From: an uncultured delta proteobacterium
Lineage (GTDB): Bacteria; Desulfobacterota; Desulfomonilia; Desulfomonilales; Desulfomonilaceae
NCBI GenBank assembly: GCA_963789265.1
Contig: CAWBKB010000003.1
Location: 352,001-416,000 of the forward strand
Direction of reading: 5' to 3'
DNA: 64,000 nt
The translations under genes and the position numbers were made by a program. The notes beneath the pieces are model-generated. The model did no database searches. It was not told where the DNA came from and saw nothing but the letters and a program-made list of their open reading frames with translations. Below are positions 10,706 to 20,500 of this stretch, one piece after another (the first letter of the stretch is position 1; each line of letters opens with the position of its first letter).

Positions 10706-12109
10706 CTACGCGAGAGTTAGGACCTCACGCCATCGAGGCACGTGAACGTCCAAGCCGAACTGTTCTCTTATGGCCTTTGCCAGCACCTCACTCGAAGTCG
10801 GTTCGCCATGAATTACAAAGACTCGAGGCTTGGACCTGCCGGAAAAGTGTCCTACCCATCTCAGAAGATCTGCCTGGTCCGCGTGAGAAGACAACCCCCC
10901 GATGGTGAATACTTTTGCCCGAACCGCGATTTTCTCCCCGAAGATCCTGACCATTTTGGCTCCGTCCACGATCTGCCGGCCCGTGGTTCCTTCGGCCTGG
11001 AATCCGACGATCACAATACTTGCCCCGCGATGCCACAGGTTGTGCTTCAGGTGATGCTTGATCCGGCCCGCTGTGCACATGCCGTTGCCGGCAATAACAA
11101 TCGCAGATCCTTGCAGTTGGTTGATCTGCATGGACTGGGCTGTTGTCAATGTGGGTTTGAGATTCGGCATATCGAATGGGTCAAAACCCTGCCCTACAAT
11201 GGCCTGAGCAGCACTGTCGTAATACTTTTTGTTTTTTCGGAAGATCTCCGTTGCTTTGATAGCAAGAGGGCTATCAAGGTACACGGGAATATCGGGAAGG
11301 TGCCCGGCTCGGAAAAACTCCCCAAGAAGATAGAGAATTTCCTGGGTTCTTTCGAGAGCGAATGCGGGAATAATTACCTTTTCTTTGTGAGAAACCGCAT
11401 ACTTGATCGCGTCCAGTAGTTCCGCCTTGCTCTCATCGAATGTGCGGTGCAGACGGTTACCATAAGTTGATTCAATGAATAAGAAATCCGCCTCAACAAT
11501 TTCAAAAGGATCTCCCACAATCAACTGGTCATGTTTTCCCAGATCGCCGGTGAAGACGATCTTTGTCTCCTTCCCCTGATCCTCGATCCACATTTCCGCA
11601 ATGGCCGAACCGAGCACATGCCCTGCGTTTCTGAGTCGGACCTTGGTGCTCGGCTCAAGATCAATAGTCTGATTAAGCTCTACCGGAGCCAGATACCGTA
11701 GGCTCTCCTCCGCGTCCTTCATCGTGTAGAGCGGTTCTATTCCTCGCTTGGCCTGCCGGCGTTTCTTTCTGGTCCGCCATTCAGCGTCCATCTCCTGCAC
11801 ATGGGCAGAATCGAGAAGCATTATCTTACAAAGTTCGGCGGTGGGCGGTGACGTGACTATCCTCCCGCGAAAGCCGTCCTTCACTAATTTCGGGATGCGG
11901 CCGCTGTGGTCGATATGAGCGTGGGTCAAGACGAGGTTCTTGATCTCTCTTGGATCGTAACCCCAATCTTCCCGGTTGCGCCGATCCATCTCTTTGCACC
12001 CCTGAAATAGGCCGCAATCCACGATGAGGCTCTTGGCCCTGGAAGTTTCAACGAGATAATTCGAGCCGGTTACGGTCCCTGCGGCTCCGCAACATGTCAC
12101 TTTGACCAC
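10706..12109 (-). CDS. Metallo-beta-lactamase/beta-CASP family ribonuclease
   Basis: GAAGTVTGS, VDCGLFQG, THAHIDHSG, AGHVLGS, ESTYGNR, SSHAD and IHGE motifs; start could be as far up as 12166. Confidence 0.9.
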   Translation of the reverse strand: MVKVTCCGAAGTVTGSNYLVETSRAKSLIVDCGLFQGCKEMDRRNREDWGYDPREIKNLVLTHAHIDHSGRIPKLVKDGFRGRIVTSPPTAELCKIMLLDSAHVQEMDAEWRTRKKRRQAKRGIEPLYTMKDAEESLRYLAPVELNQTIDLEPSTKVRLRNAGHVLGSAIAEMWIEDQGKETKIVFTGDLGKHDQLIVGDPFEIVEADFLFIESTYGNRLHRTFDESKAELLDAIKYAVSHKEKVIIPAFALERTQEILYLLGEFFRAGHLPDIPVYLDSPLAIKATEIFRKNKKYYDSAAQAIVGQGFDPFDMPNLKPTLTTAQSMQINQLQGSAIVIAGNGMCTAGRIKHHLKHNLWHRGASIVIVGFQAEGTTGRQIVDGAKMVRIFGEKIAVRAKVFTIGGLSSHADQADLLRWVGHFSGRSKPRVFVIHGEPTSSEVLAKAIREQFGLDVHVPRWREVLTLA

Positions 12110-12344
12110 GATTTTTCCTTTCCGAATCTCAGGTGGTGGCACAAGGGCCTGACCGTTTCTGAGCATACCTCAGCACAGGTTTCCGGGGCAATGGTAAACT
12201 CCGCTGCCTGCCGTGTATCGACTTTGTACCTTCCTTCTTGGAAGGAAACCGGTCCAGGCATAAGTAAGAGTGAAGATTTCGCTTGACCGGTACAACCACG
12301 ATAACGTATGCCCTGACGGCAAGAAATATTTGGCGTCAGTTCCG

Positions 12345-12428
12345 GCAGGATGTGGGAAAGGAAATGAACTGCATCAGCCGCAGTTTTTTTCTCTATCGAT
12401 GCGGTTCGCTGCGCTCACCACATCCTAC
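12345..12428. repeat. REP-like inverted doublet
   Basis: GCAGGATGTGG...GAACTGCATC opposite GATGCGGTTC...CCACATCCTAC; GTAG-type REP end. Confidence 0.6.
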
Positions 12429-12443
12429 TACAGAGGGAACGCA

Positions 12444-12887
12444 TTGAATCTGAAGTTGCTTGTTCCTTTGCTTATCACCGCGGGTGTAACCATTCTTGGG
12501 TGGTTTGCCATCCACCAACTCACAGCGTGGCGTGATCAAGCCAACAAACGTCGAGAACAACGAATCGCGTTTCTAATTGAGGCGTTCCGTCGTTTTGCGA
12601 AGGCGGTGCATCATCCTCGTCTCCATGAAGTTGCCGAAGAAGTCTAGTCCGCCGTAGCCGATATCCATTTATTTGGCAGTGCGGCTCAAGTTCATCGTAT
12701 TCAGTCCTTTGTCAAAGAGCTTGCAGAATCGCAAGAGGCGAGGATTGATGTGTTGCTGGAATCGCTACGCAATGACCTTCGTGAAGAACTACGACTACCA
12801 AAGCTTGAGGGCAGACTTTGGTGGATTCGAATCGAACAAAAAGGGCCTGGACAACAGAGCAAATCAGTACTTAAGTCAGCACAGTAG
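12444..12887 (+). pseudogene. Hypothetical protein with an N-terminal TM helix, interrupted by an in-frame TAG at 12645-12647
   Basis: RBS GAGGG before the TTG at 12444; protein-like reading continues in frame after the TAG (SAVADIHLFGS...LRNDLREELRL). Confidence 0.55.
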
Positions 12888-12949
12888 AGATTGCGAAGTG
12901 AAAACATGAGTGAACCACCCTTCATAAAACCACCTGGAGGCATCTCCCC

Positions 12950-13417
12950 ATGACAGCCGTAGTTTCACTCCAAGATGTCGTCGGTGAAATGGACATGCAA
13001 AGCGATGAGACCGTGGGATTCCTCAATAAGCATACAGGCGAACTCATCACTTTTTCCTCAGAAGATCTTTCGGCGGCCGAAGACGAGGAACTCGACACTA
13101 ATGAGTATCCGGATTGGCAAATAGAAGTCATCGAGCAGGCGAGGAAAGTTCTCGGTTCCGATGAGTACCTTACGCTTCCAAGCCAGTACGACATTCATGA
13201 GTACCGTATAATGGAAGAGTTCTGCCACTCAATCGCGGACGAGGACGTGAGCGACAAGCTACTGGACGCCATAACAGGTCGTGGAGCATGGCGTCGCTTC
13301 AAAAATGCCATCCATCATATCGGGATCGAGAAGGAATGGTATCGTTTTCGCGAACTTGAGCTTGAGAAGATTGCCGTAGCTTGGCTTGAAGAGCACGGAA
13401 TCCCGTGCAGGCGCTGA
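12950..13417 (+). CDS. UPF0158 family protein
   Basis: LPSQYDIHEYRIMEEF...AITGRGAWRRFK...W..FR...AVAWL; GGAGG RBS. Confidence 0.85.
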   Translation: MTAVVSLQDVVGEMDMQSDETVGFLNKHTGELITFSSEDLSAAEDEELDTNEYPDWQIEVIEQARKVLGSDEYLTLPSQYDIHEYRIMEEFCHSIADEDVSDKLLDAITGRGAWRRFKNAIHHIGIEKEWYRFRELELEKIAVAWLEEHGIPCRR

Positions 13418-13477
13418 AAGCAAGATTTCATACCACTGCGCCGCCATATAGATTAATAATCTTAGATTAGGATGTGC

Positions 13478-13632
13478 TGGGGGAGTCCCGCGCCGATCCC
13501 GGGACTGCATGTCATTTGTCATTCCCAACGCAGATTCCGGGGGCAGTCCCGCCATTGGCGGGACTGCCCCCGGCGGCGATTCGCGAACAACCCCGCGTCC
13601 CGCGGGGTGGCCGGTCCTACTGGATGCCCGCG
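13478..13632. repeat. Cluster of short GC-rich palindromes (GGGGCAGTCCCGC...GCGGGACTGCCCC type)
   Basis: Related copies at ~17072-17102 and ~51983-52060. Confidence 0.6.
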
Positions 13633-13854
13633 ACACTTTTGTCGTTCATACTAGACCATGCCTGTCGCGTTTTCGCCCACTTGCGGACACTTTATTATTC
13701 TTCTCATCTTGTTTGGATGCAATTGTTCGGTTTTGGGTTCTGCCTTCGCGCCCCGCTCGTTCAAGGCATTGCAGGGGATTAAAGAAAGCATGAGGCATCG
13801 CGAGGTGTGGGTCGGGGAGGCAGCCGATGTGAAATCTAAGCATGCGCGACTCCG

Positions 13855-14055
13855 TTAGCCCCACCTCAGTGCCCCATTATTGCATGACAGGGAAGCGCTA
13901 CCACCGGACCTACACGTCCCCCCCTGGCCGGCACTCCCGTAATGGCACGGGCCGTGCGCTTCGTGCGTCTCGTCAAATTCTATTATCTCCGGTTTTTGGT
14001 ACTGCGGACGGGCATCTTTTTGCGGTATTGTTCCGTCACGGCCGTTTTCAGCCAT
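13855..14055 (-). CDS. Putative RiPP precursor peptide (YQKPEI leader motif; three CxxG repeats)
   Basis: GGGGTGA RBS; YxxP leader; Gly/Ser-rich core CHYG...CRSG...CNNG. Confidence 0.6.
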   Translation of the reverse strand: MAENGRDGTIPQKDARPQYQKPEIIEFDETHEAHGPCHYGSAGQGGTCRSGGSASLSCNNGALRWG

Positions 14056-14346
14056 AGTCGAGCTTCACCCCCATGATTCAGTACAGAAGGATTACCACGC
14101 TGCGGAGAAAAAATCACTGAGTGTCCTGAAGAGCCATCACGTGGTAAAAGGTGAGGAACCGTAAAGAGGAAAGGGAAAGATCCGACTGGCCGGTGTGAGC
14201 GAAACAGGCGATTCTTACATTGGAACGAGAAGAGTGTGGCGGCCTGTTATTTTCATGGCTCTATGTCTCGCTCACAGACAATGCGACACGGGTTGGTAGC
14301 TGTTCTCACGTAAACAAGACCCTGAATCACGCTCAGGAGGTGTCAG

Positions 14347-15468
14347 ACGTCGAGATTATTGTGCGTGCTCATCGTGGCGTCGGCGGCGCTGGCGTCCCCG
14401 GCAGGCGCGGCCGGACCTATTGATCTGGGGGCGTTCCTCTCCATGACCGGAAATGGCGCCTCATGCGGCGATATGGGATGGACAGGCATTTCTGTCGCCA
14501 AGAAGATGGAACCGAATGCCCTGGGAAGGCCGGTTGACGTTAAACTTGCGGACACCAAATCGGACAAATTCGAAGCGGCCAATGCTGTTTCGAGGCTTAT
14601 CGAAAACGAGAAGGTCTGCGCCATAATCGGGGGGATGGATTCAAGCGATGCTATAGCAGGCGCGGACTTGGCTGAAAGGAGCAGGATCCCGATGGTGTCC
14701 CCCACAGCCACCAATCCACTTGTGACTCAAGAGAAGAAATACATCTTTCGTCTGTGCTTCATTGATACTGACCAAGGCCGAGTTCTCGCCAAGTTCGCCC
14801 ACGACCGGCTCAAAGCCAAAACCGCAGCGCTGATCTGTGATATTTCGCAAGATTATTCTTTGCGCCTTGCCGCCTCCTTTAAGAAGGAGTTCGCAAAAGC
14901 AGGCGGGCGGATCGTGTCGGAAACAGAATTCAAAAGCGGTGACCGAGACTTTACTCCCCAGTTGAGTTCCATCAAGGAAGCAAATCCTGATGTAATTTGT
15001 GCTCCAATTTATTACACCGAATGCGCACTTGCGGCCAAGCAGGCTAAGGCTCTGGATCTGACGGCCCCCATACTCGGAGGTAATGAACTTCATGCACCTG
15101 AACTATTGAAACTCGGGGGCAGCGCGGTGGAAGGCATATATTTTACGACGTATTTTCATAAAGACATGATAACCAGTAAATTAGGGAAAAAATTCCTGGC
15201 CCTCTTCAAGGCCGAGTATCCCAACAAAGAGTTGGACGCTTTGACAGCTATGGCCGCGGATGCATATTTGATCGTTGTCGACGCGATTAAGGGAGCAGGT
15301 TCGGCCGAGCCCGTGAAAATTCGCGAGGCCCTCGCGGCAACCAAGGACTTCGACGGGGTGACCGGGAAAATCACGATGAAACCCGACGGAAATCCTATCA
15401 AAGCCATGGTGATAGACAAGGTGAAAGGCGGCAAATTCACATACGTAACGACAATAAATCCGGAGTGA
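14347..15468 (+). CDS. Branched-chain amino acid ABC-type substrate-binding protein (LivK-like)
   Basis: Signal peptide, SPTATNP, FRLCFID..QG, DFTPQL and FDGVTG motifs; start is TTG 14359 or the in-frame ACG at 14347. Confidence 0.88.
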   Translation, partial: TSRLLCVLIVASAALASPAGAAGPIDLGAFLSMTGNGASCGDMGWTGISVAKKMEPNALGRPVDVKLADTKSDKFEAANAVSRLIENEKVCAIIGGMDSSDAIAGADLAERSRIPMVSPTATNPLVTQEKKYIFRLCFIDTDQGRVLAKFAHDRLKAKTAALICDISQDYSLRLAASFKKEFAKAGGRIVSETEFKSGDRDFTPQLSSIKEANPDVICAPIYYTECALAAKQAKALDLTAPILGGNELHAPELLKLGGSAVEGIYFTTYFHKDMITSKLGKKFLALFKAEYPNKELDALTAMAADAYLIVVDAIKGAGSAEPVKIREALAATKDFDGVTGKITMKPDGNPIKAMVIDKVKGGKFTYVTTINPE

Positions 15469-15475
15469 TCGTAGC

Positions 15476-16198
15476 ATGCTAAGGAGCCTTCAAACAGCGC
15501 TGGGATTTCTTACTGTTTTTGGGAGCCGTGATCGCACTATCACGGATTTGGCTGAAATTGGCCGGTCCGCATGGGCTTTTCCGGTTGTGGGCGCTATAAT
15601 CGGCTTAATTCTCGTGATCGCCCATCTCGTTTTTTTCTCGCACCTCCCATCCTTTATTGCTGCCATTTTGACAGTGACGTTGTGGATCGTCCTCACCGGA
15701 GGGCTCCATCTGGACGGATGGACTGACTGCTGGGACGCATTGGCTGCATCGGTGACTCCTGAACAGCGATTCGCCATCTTGAAAGATTCTCGTGTGGGGA
15801 CTTTCGGTGCCGTGGCTCTTATCGCCCTCCTCGCTCTGAAGACGGCTGCCCTTGCATCCGACGATTTGGGGGTTGTTGCGCTGTTCCTTGCGCCGGTCGT
15901 GGGCCGAGGTGTCATGGTGGTGACTGCTTACGGATCCAGACATAGAGGAGAAGGCATGGCCGCGATGTTTCTTGCCGGACTAGATCGGAAGACAGTTCGA
16001 TGGGCAGCGCTGATCGGGCTGGTCCCGGCGGTAATCGCGGGGTGGATGGGGATCCTGGCGGCCGCGGGCGCTTATCTTGGAGCTATTTGGTTCAGGAACT
16101 TCTCTGATTCGAGGCTTCCCACCATTAACGGCGATGTGTTGGGGGCAATCTGCGAACTTTCGGAAACCCTGTTTCTCTTGATCGCCTGTATCAGGTGA
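15476..16198 (+). CDS. cobS: Adenosylcobinamide-GDP ribazoletransferase (cobalamin synthase)
   Basis: ALGFLT, FPVVG, TGGLHLDG..D..D, LKDSRVGTFG and GDVLGA..E motifs. Confidence 0.93.
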   Translation: MLRSLQTALGFLTVFGSRDRTITDLAEIGRSAWAFPVVGAIIGLILVIAHLVFFSHLPSFIAAILTVTLWIVLTGGLHLDGWTDCWDALAASVTPEQRFAILKDSRVGTFGAVALIALLALKTAALASDDLGVVALFLAPVVGRGVMVVTAYGSRHRGEGMAAMFLAGLDRKTVRWAALIGLVPAVIAGWMGILAAAGAYLGAIWFRNFSDSRLPTINGDVLGAICELSETLFLLIACIR

Positions 16199-16974
16199 AA
16201 GCCATGAGACTCGGGACCACGTCCTACATTTATCCGGCGGACATCATCACCAACGTCCGCAAGCTGGCGGGCAGAGTTCAAGATGTCGAACTCGTCATAT
16301 TTGAAGTCGATGAAGGCTTAAACGATCTTCCAGATGGGGACACGATTGACGAGCTAAGGCTGCTGGGCGCGGATTATAATATGACTTACACAGTCCATCT
16401 GCCTCTGGGGCTCGGCCTGGCGGATGAGGATCCGTCCATAGCTAAAGCCGTTCAGGTGATCAGACGCACGGAGCTGCTCTCGCCACGAGCTTTCATTGTG
16501 CATCTTGAAGGTAAAGATGAATCCCCATCCGGACAGAACCGACGATGGATAGACAACTCCGTGCGATCCCTGAAGATCATCTGTGACGAAGTCTGTCGGC
16601 CCGAACATATCTGTGTCGAAAATTTGGATGACTGGTCTCCGACAATGCTCGATGCAATCTTGGACACGATGCCTGTGTCCTGCTGCGTGGATGTAGGCCA
16701 TCTATGGAAACAGGGGCTGGAGCCAACCCCATTTCTCGACAAATGGTCTTCACGTGCCAGGGTTGTCCACATTCATGGAGTAGGTGAGCGCGACCACATG
16801 CGACTTTCTCTTATGCCGGCGGCTACGCTGGACCCGGTGGTGGAGAAGCTCCACAGGCGCTTCCGAGGCGTGCTCACATTCGAAGTGTTCAACGAGAGAG
16901 ATCTATTGGACTCGTTGGCGACCTTCCACGAATCCGTAGAAAGAGTGGACCTGAGCCGCCAACACCATAGGTAA
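16195..16974 (+). CDS. cbiR: Cobamide-remodeling phosphodiesterase (AP endonuclease 2-like TIM barrel)
   Basis: LGTTSYIYPA, VELVIFE, TVHLP, VEN, DVGHL, HIHG..DH and FEVF motifs; translationally coupled to cobS. Confidence 0.82.
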   Translation: MKAMRLGTTSYIYPADIITNVRKLAGRVQDVELVIFEVDEGLNDLPDGDTIDELRLLGADYNMTYTVHLPLGLGLADEDPSIAKAVQVIRRTELLSPRAFIVHLEGKDESPSGQNRRWIDNSVRSLKIICDEVCRPEHICVENLDDWSPTMLDAILDTMPVSCCVDVGHLWKQGLEPTPFLDKWSSRARVVHIHGVGERDHMRLSLMPAATLDPVVEKLHRRFRGVLTFEVFNERDLLDSLATFHESVERVDLSRQHHR

Positions 16975-17177
16975 TGAGGAGCGGCCGTATGCATTCAGTT
17001 ACAGCCCGAATTTGCGGATGGCTTCGTGGGGTGGGCTTTCTAGCCCGCCATTGAACAGGGGGTTCCCCGGCAGGCAGTCCCGCGCCTCGTGGGACTGCCC
17101 CACAAGATTGGATGGTTACGAGCGGCCAGCTTTTCTTATTGACACTCTTGGGCAGGTAATGCAAAAATAGTAGAATT

Positions 17178-17264
17178 GCCGAAGTGGCGGAACTGGTAGA
17201 CGCGCCAGGTTCAGGGTTTGGTGGGCGTAAGCCTGTAGGAGTTCGAGTCTCCTCTTCGGCACCA
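17178..17264 (+). tRNA. tRNA-Leu (anticodon CAG)
   Basis: GCCGAAG/CTTCGGC acceptor stem, TTCAGGG anticodon loop, long variable arm, GTTCGAGTC T-loop, ACCA end. Confidence 0.97.
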
Positions 17265-17273
17265 ATATGAACG

Positions 17274-17308
17274 AACAAACCCGGTCAAATCGATCGGGTT
17301 TTTGTTTC
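17274..17308 (+). terminator. Probable intrinsic terminator after tRNA-Leu
   Basis: AAACCCGGTC-AAATC-GATCGGGTTT followed by Ts. Confidence 0.6.
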
Positions 17309-17409
17309 AGGCGGCGAGATGGCCTGTTTTGAAACAATACCCGATTATCGGAATTCTCGAAACTAATCACGAAAAAAGAGCATGACTTAGCGGCACCGGG
17401 CACCTTGCA

Positions 17410-17464
17410 GTGGGGATGGGCATCCTGCCCGTCCGTCAGCGACAGGCTGGAAGCCTGTCCCACC
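17410..17464. repeat. Palindromic repeat family B (GTGGGG...GCATCCTGCC / GACAGGC...GCCTGTCCCAC)
   Basis: Related copy at ~19043-19150. Confidence 0.65.
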
Positions 17465-17774
17465 AATCCGAATTAGCTGCCAATACTCCGCGTGCTACTG
17501 ACTTGGATGCCATCCTGGGCACTGGGCCAGCGCGTTTTATTGCCAGCCGATTCTCACCGCTGATAGCGAAATGGCATTGACGGCGGTAGATGACGGCAAT
17601 ATTACTTGCTCGAATGTGCGTTGATATAAAAGAAGTAGCATTGACAACCCGAGTTTCATAGACAAATTAGCAGCAGACAAAGCGGCTGGAGAGATTCAAT
17701 CATCAAACCGACTCTCCGGACGAGAATCTGGGGGTTAGAAATTTTCGGCGAGGCCGCGGAAAGGAAAGAAGACC

Positions 17775-18128
17775 ATGAACATCGGGCCGGAACTATTGGG
17801 AAAAATAGATGCTCTTCACGACATGGCTCGGGAATTCGTCGAGCGGGACCAAATTCATGGGGTGGCCGTTGAATACGAGTACAATGCCTGTGCCTTCGAT
17901 CAGTGGAGACGTAGAGTCAATGACCTGCTCTTCAGTCTTGGAGGCTGCGAAGACATTTATTATCAGCGTTTCTCAAAAGAAGTAGTCCAACCTAGCATCA
18001 AAGACCTTGAAGAGGGCTTGCGGATTCTCTCCGCAGTGAGAGATGACGTGGCAAGAGCCTTACATAAGCAAGCAGGCGAACTGAACCACGGAGTCTCCAA
18101 AGTCAGGTTGAGCGTGAGCTATCATTAG
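17775..18128 (+). CDS. Hypothetical helical protein
   Basis: AAGGA RBS, ATG start, plausible composition; no motif recognised. Confidence 0.65.
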   Translation: MNIGPELLGKIDALHDMAREFVERDQIHGVAVEYEYNACAFDQWRRRVNDLLFSLGGCEDIYYQRFSKEVVQPSIKDLEEGLRILSAVRDDVARALHKQAGELNHGVSKVRLSVSYH

Positions 18129-18871
18129 TCGATGGATTGTCGAGTATGTGTGCAGTTGCGGTTTGTGCACAAGGGGTCTGTATGTTCGGGGATTCGAAAC
18201 ACGAGATAGTAAAGGGTCGCTATGAGAATGAGTACCAAAATCCCGGCCCACAGCACATCTGTTGGGAAGTGACCTCCTTGGATTACTCTGGTTACGCCGA
18301 GAAGAATGCCGTACGCGATCCCCGCGGCCAACGCACAGACGGACAGTGCCGGATGAAAAGGATAGAAAGCTGCGCCCGAAGCTAGTGAAAACCCCATAGA
18401 ACAGTGACCGCAGGGGAAAGATTTACCCGCCAGTGGCCCGCCAGGCATCCACACTTTCCGATAATTCTCAGTTCCGCCCATTATTGTGATGTCGGCAGGG
18501 CGTGGCCGACCCCAGCAAGGTTTAAGAATCCCGTTTACCAGTAATCCCGGCCCCAGAGCAACACTGAGAATCACCACAAGACAGCTTCTTGCATATTGAG
18601 GCCGAGCTTTTCCTAATCGCGCTGCCACGTAGAGCGCAATTGCCGCGGCAACAAGTATGAACGGCGGAATCTCACCGTAATCGTACAGGAAGCCCCAGGG
18701 TAGTTCACGGCCGTGAAACCATCCTCCTAAGGGCCCATTTCGTGAGTAGAAATGGCTCACCCAGGCAAGATCCCATCCAGTGGCGTCCAAAATCGCAGTA
18801 CTCGCGACACCCAGGAGCAGAAGACTGAAGATGATCACGATTCCTCGGGTGCGAGAGTGTTTTACCAGCAT
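18125..18871 (-). CDS. PAP2 family membrane phosphatase
   Basis: K..WGRPRP, SFPCGH and RVIQGGHFPTDV motifs. Confidence 0.9.
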   Translation of the reverse strand: MLVKHSRTRGIVIIFSLLLLGVASTAILDATGWDLAWVSHFYSRNGPLGGWFHGRELPWGFLYDYGEIPPFILVAAAIALYVAARLGKARPQYARSCLVVILSVALGPGLLVNGILKPCWGRPRPADITIMGGTENYRKVWMPGGPLAGKSFPCGHCSMGFSLASGAAFYPFHPALSVCALAAGIAYGILLGVTRVIQGGHFPTDVLWAGILVLILIATLYYLVFRIPEHTDPLCTNRNCTHTRQSID

Positions 18872-18990
18872 TGCGGAACCTCATACGATCGAAATTATCG
18901 AAAGTGATCACTGATTAATTGGTGGGTGCCACTGCTGGGCAAGGCAGCAGTGGCACCCGGCTCGAAACGAGACACCATGTTCAGGAAATC

Positions 18991-19325
18991 GAGTGCTGAT
19001 ACCAGTGCGCCATCAAACAAGTGACAATCCCCGCGAGGATATGGTGGGGCAGGCATCCTGCCTGCCATTGGTCACCCCGGACTTCGATCCGGGGTCCAGT
19101 CTGGATGCTCGCGTACGCGGGCATGACGACAGGCAAGATGCCTGTCCCACTAAAAACACGATGTCACTTGTTTGAAAGCGAATCGGTATGAGTACTCCTT
19201 TTCGCAAATACGGTGAGGTTAAGAACCCGGTCCAGAAGAAGATTGCTTAGCTGCGCTCGCAATGACAGGTAGTGGGAATGTCATTGCGAGGAGTGAAATC
19301 CCGCGTCCCTCGGGAAAGCAATCTC
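18991..19325. repeat. Nested palindromic repeats (MITE/REP-like) followed by a family A copy
   Basis: TCAAACAAGTGACA/TGTCACTTGTTTGA outer IR enclosing a family B IR and an inner CCCCGGA-CTTCGA-TCCGGGG hairpin. Confidence 0.7.
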
Positions 19326-19464
19326 TATCGTGAAAATACGTGACCGAATTTATGAAACTGTGTATTTAGCTCCCTTCCATCAAAAAAACTATCTTTAGCC
19401 CACTAGCTCGTCTCCGAAAAGACATCTCCCCGTTGCAGCGGCTACGCGGCACATGGGCAGAAAA

Positions 19465-20001
19465 CTACTCGCAAAATGTGGCAAATTGAACGAACTCTCT
19501 GAGTCGTTCCAGATCTTTAACTGATATATGGGTTATCTCGAACCCGGCCACCTGGCGCTTGGTGTCAGTTTCCGCTCTGGTCCATCTGCATTGTGCCTCA
19601 AACGAAAACGGTTGAACATCGGCAAATTGCGAGGCTTGAATAAGAAAACCCTTTTTTTCGCCGACTTCGGTCTTCAAGTTTACGATTTGGAGTCCTTTTT
19701 CAGTAAGGTCTCTCACGTGGCAGTCCGCATTCAAATTGTCCATGTCAGTGATGGGCAGTTTCATTATCGTATAGCATCTCGGCACGTGTCGCACGGAACC
19801 GTGCACAACTTCATGCTGCGGCCAAAGCAGACGGCCGTCAAGGTCGCTTTCGGTTATCAAATTAGCGTCTTTCAGCTTTTTGAAGACCTTCTCCAATGAT
19901 ATCGCTGAAACCTGGTACTTTTCCATCAATTGAGCATTGGTCATTCCTGCGTTAATGTCCGCAACAATCGGCCGCGCCGGAATCTGCTTCTTTGGCCGCA
20001 T
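19465..20001 (-). CDS. PilZ domain protein with an N-terminal helical module
   Basis: RHVPR and RDLTEKG PilZ motifs, AQCRW and AGFEI; AGGAGG RBS before the ATG at 20001. Confidence 0.75.
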   Translation of the reverse strand: MRPKKQIPARPIVADINAGMTNAQLMEKYQVSAISLEKVFKKLKDANLITESDLDGRLLWPQHEVVHGSVRHVPRCYTIMKLPITDMDNLNADCHVRDLTEKGLQIVNLKTEVGEKKGFLIQASQFADVQPFSFEAQCRWTRAETDTKRQVAGFEITHISVKDLERLREFVQFATFCE

Positions 20002-20500
20002 GATCGGAGCACCTCCTGTGAGTCGTCTGAATTCAGCACGTTTGACGGATGATTTCAGGAATTTCGCCCCAAGTGCACGTGCAAGCCCAACCCAGGGCGT
20101 GATCCAATGGGAGTGCTGACATCCCAAACCGAATCGTCGCAAGATCGGGAATGCCTTGAGGACTTCTGTGGCCGCGTAATCGCCACATTGTCCCGTCCGT
20201 AAAATACACCGAAATCCCTAGTTGTAACAACTGCCGGTAGTGTCCTAATTTGAATTTCAGGATTTAGAGGGAGAGAGCGTACGTGTACCTGAACTACTTA
20301 GCCAATTTACTCTTCTCCGGTCCATTCTTGAACGTTGAGTTGGATTTCATCATTAAGGACTGCCTTTTTCTGCTCGGGGTCAAGACCAGTTAAGACTTGT
20401 TGGTACGCTTCCGGTTGGTTTCCTGGCTTTTACTTTTCCTACGCCAATTGGCCTTCCTTCACTGATCAATTCCCATTCATATTCTTTTCCATTCATTGAA

